Source: Pseudomonas aeruginosa
Lineage (GTDB): Bacteria; Pseudomonadota; Gammaproteobacteria; Pseudomonadales; Pseudomonadaceae
Assembly: GCF_001457615.1 (NCBI RefSeq)
Contig: NZ_LN831024.1
Location: 3,780,001-3,812,000, forward strand
DNA: 32,000 nucleotides
Reading direction: 5' to 3'
This document shows positions 30,060 through 32,000 of the stretch, one piece after another (positions within the stretch are counted from its first letter, which is position 1; each line of letters starts with the position of its first letter). The position numbers and the translations under genes are program-made. The notes beneath the pieces were generated by a model. That model was not told the origin of the DNA. It made no database searches and worked only from the letters and a program-made list of their open reading frames with translations.

Positions 30060-30220
30060 CATTCCGGCGCCCGGGGCCGCGAGCGCTTCGCAGGGCGAAC
30101 GACGCCCCGGCGTCATCCGCCGATACCCCGCAGGACCGGCGGATGGCCGCCTCGCGCTTATCCGCCAGGCCCCTCCCCAGCCCATGCGCGCCGCCGGGAA
30201 CGACACGAAACCGTAACGCA

Positions 30221-30234
30221 TTGACCTCCATCAG
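30221..30234 (+). promoter_or_regulatory. Candidate Anr/FNR box upstream of aer
   Basis: TTGACctccATCAG matches TTGAT-N4-ATCAA at 8 of 10 positions. It lies 152 nt upstream of the aer ATG. I recall aer being described as ANR-dependent. Confidence 0.5.
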
Positions 30235-30250
30235 CGAATCCGCCATCTAT

Positions 30251-30266
30251 CCGACCACGTGGTCGG
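30251..30266. promoter_or_regulatory. Perfect 16-bp palindrome CCGACCACGTGGTCGG upstream of aer
   Basis: Read directly. It begins 17 nt downstream of the candidate Anr box. Confidence 0.45.
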
Positions 30267-30385
30267 TTCTCATGCTTTGGGTCAATAGCTATCTGTTTTT
30301 CCTCGTGAAAGCATTCACAAATCCCTCATGTGAAAGGCGTTTTCGCCGATGCAGAGGTAAATGCTTCACTTGTTTTGGAAGGCCC

Positions 30386-31951
30386 ATGCGCAACAATCAG
30401 CCCATCACCCAGCACGAGCGCGTCTATCCGGCGGAACAACGCCTGATCACCACCACCAATCTCAAAGGCATCATCACCTACTGCAACGAAGCCTTCATCG
30501 ACATCAGCGGCTTCAGCCGCGAGGAGCTGATGTCCGCGCCGCACAACCTGATCCGTCACCCCGACGTCCCGCCGGCGGTGTTCGCCCACATGTGGACCAC
30601 CCTCAAAGCCGGCCGCCCGTGGATGGGGATCGTCAAGAACCGCTGCAAGAACGGCGACCACTACTGGGTCAGCGCCTATGTCACGCCGATCTACGACCAG
30701 GGCGCGGTGGTCGGCTACGAGTCGGTGCGGGTCAAGCCGACCGCCGAACAGATCCAGCGCGCCGAGGCCCTCTACCGTCGCCTCGGCGCCGGCAAGCCGG
30801 CGATCCCCCGGCGCGACCGCTGGCTGCCGGTACTGCTCGACTGGCTGCCGTTCATCCTGATCAGCCAGATCGGCTTCCTCATCGGTATCTGGCTGAACTC
30901 CTGGTGGGGCTTCATCCTCGCCGGCCTGCTCGCCGTTCCGCTCGGCCTGGCCGGACTGCGCTGGCAGAAGCGCGGGCTGAAGCGCCTGATGCGGCTCGCC
31001 GAACAGACCACCTCCGACCCGCTGATCGCGCAGATGTACACCGACAGCCGCGGCGACCAGGCGCGCCTGGAAATGGCCATCCTCAGCCAGGACGCGCGCC
31101 TGAAGACCTGCCTGACGCGCCTGCAGGACACCGCCGAATACCTCACCGAACAGGCGCGCCAGGCCGACACCCTGGCCCACCACAGCTCCGCCGGTCTGGA
31201 ACAGCAGCGCGCAGAGACCGAACAGGTGGCCACCGCGGTCAACGAGATGGCCGCCACCACCCAGGAAGTGGCGAACAATGTCCAGTTGACCGCCGACGCG
31301 ACACAGAAGGCCAACGAACTGACCTCGCGCGGCCGCGACATCGCCGCGGAGACGCGCAACGCCATCCAGCGCCTGTCGGAGTCGGTGGGCGAGACCGGGG
31401 CCGCGGTGAGTCGCCTGGCCCAGGACAGCAACGAGATCGGCGGCGTGGTCGATGTGATCAAGGGCATCGCCGACCAGACCAACCTGCTCGCCCTCAACGC
31501 CGCCATCGAGGCGGCGCGGGCCGGCGACCAGGGACGCGGCTTCGCCGTGGTGGCCGACGAAGTGCGCTCGCTGGCGCAACGCACCGCGGCCTCCACCGAG
31601 CAGATCCACCACCTGATCGCCAAGTTGCAGAACACCGCCAACGATGCGGTACATACCATGGAGAGCGGCCTGCAGCAGGCCGAAGCCGGGGTCCAGCGGG
31701 TGCTGGAAGCCGACAGCGCGCTGGTCGGCATCAGCGAGGCGGTCAGCAACATCACCGAGATGACCACCCAGATCGCCGCCGCCGCGGAGGAACAGAGCGC
31801 GGTGGCCGAGGAAATCAACCGCAACATCAGCACCATCGCCGCCCTGGCCGAGCAGACCTCCGACGAGGCGCTGCGCACGGCGAAACTGAGCGAGGAACTG
31901 ACCACCACCGCGCAGAGCCAGTATTCCCTGGTCGAGCGCTTCAACCGCTGA
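30386..31951 (+). CDS. aer: Aerotaxis receptor (PAS-FAD sensor / methyl-accepting chemotaxis protein)
   Basis: 521 aa from ATG 30386. It has an N-terminal PAS domain ([23 protein letters not shown]...[10 protein letters not shown]), a central hydrophobic hairpin, a HAMP domain and an MCP signalling domain ([35 protein letters not shown]). The 116 codons upstream in frame are not protein-like. Confidence 0.93.
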   Translation: MRNNQPITQHERVYPAEQRLITTTNLKGIITYCNEAFIDISGFSREELMSAPHNLIRHPDVPPAVFAHMWTTLKAGRPWMGIVKNRCKNGDHYWVSAYVTPIYDQGAVVGYESVRVKPTAEQIQRAEALYRRLGAGKPAIPRRDRWLPVLLDWLPFILISQIGFLIGIWLNSWWGFILAGLLAVPLGLAGLRWQKRGLKRLMRLAEQTTSDPLIAQMYTDSRGDQARLEMAILSQDARLKTCLTRLQDTAEYLTEQARQADTLAHHSSAGLEQQRAETEQVATAVNEMAATTQEVANNVQLTADATQKANELTSRGRDIAAETRNAIQRLSESVGETGAAVSRLAQDSNEIGGVVDVIKGIADQTNLLALNAAIEAARAGDQGRGFAVVADEVRSLAQRTAASTEQIHHLIAKLQNTANDAVHTMESGLQQAEAGVQRVLEADSALVGISEAVSNITEMTTQIAAAAEEQSAVAEEINRNISTIAALAEQTSDEALRTAKLSEELTTTAQSQYSLVERFNR

Positions 31952-31958
31952 GATCAGG

Positions 31959-31980
31959 CCGCGGGGAGGAAGCTCCCCGC
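31959..31980 (+). terminator. Stem-loop downstream of aer (no U tract)
   Basis: CGCGGGGAG-GAAG-CTCCCCGCG, a 9-bp stem 8 nt after the stop. It is followed by CCTGCC rather than T residues, so its terminator function is uncertain. Confidence 0.35.
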
Positions 31981-32000
31981 GCCTGCCGTCACTTGAAGTC

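Overview
This is a high-GC window of core chromosome that I recognise as Pseudomonas aeruginosa. From memory it is collinear with PAO1 PA1588 down to PA1561; I did not run a search. The left third carries the TCA supercluster on the minus strand (sdhC-sdhD-sdhA-sdhB-sucA-sucB-lpdG and the 5' end of sucC), divergent from gltA. The middle holds small conserved genes: an exported START-domain protein, a YkgJ Cys-cluster protein, a membrane-anchored unknown, a DUF486 membrane protein, a beta-hydroxyacid dehydrogenase, a DEDDh exonuclease, ppnP, an exported DUF1287 protein, an NAD-kinase-family paralogue and a 59-aa orphan. The right third holds a LysR regulator divergent from an OPA-type MFS/RidA/FAD-oxidase operon, then pauA3-pauB2, tusA, rlmM, acnA and aer. 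All ORFs are intact. I saw no rRNA, tRNA, CRISPR array, IS element, integrase, prophage or recognisable defence or toxin module, and I cannot support a new multi-gene system here. The observations most worth follow-up are modest. First, a near-consensus sigma54 promoter drives a stand-alone 59-aa gene with its own terminator. Second, the LysR/OPA-transporter/RidA/amine-oxidase module beside pauA3B2 is uncharacterised. Third, several perfect palindromes and hairpin clusters lie in the sdhC/gltA, lpdG/sucC, acnA and aer control regions. The many long ORFs antisense to real genes are GC-bias artefacts.
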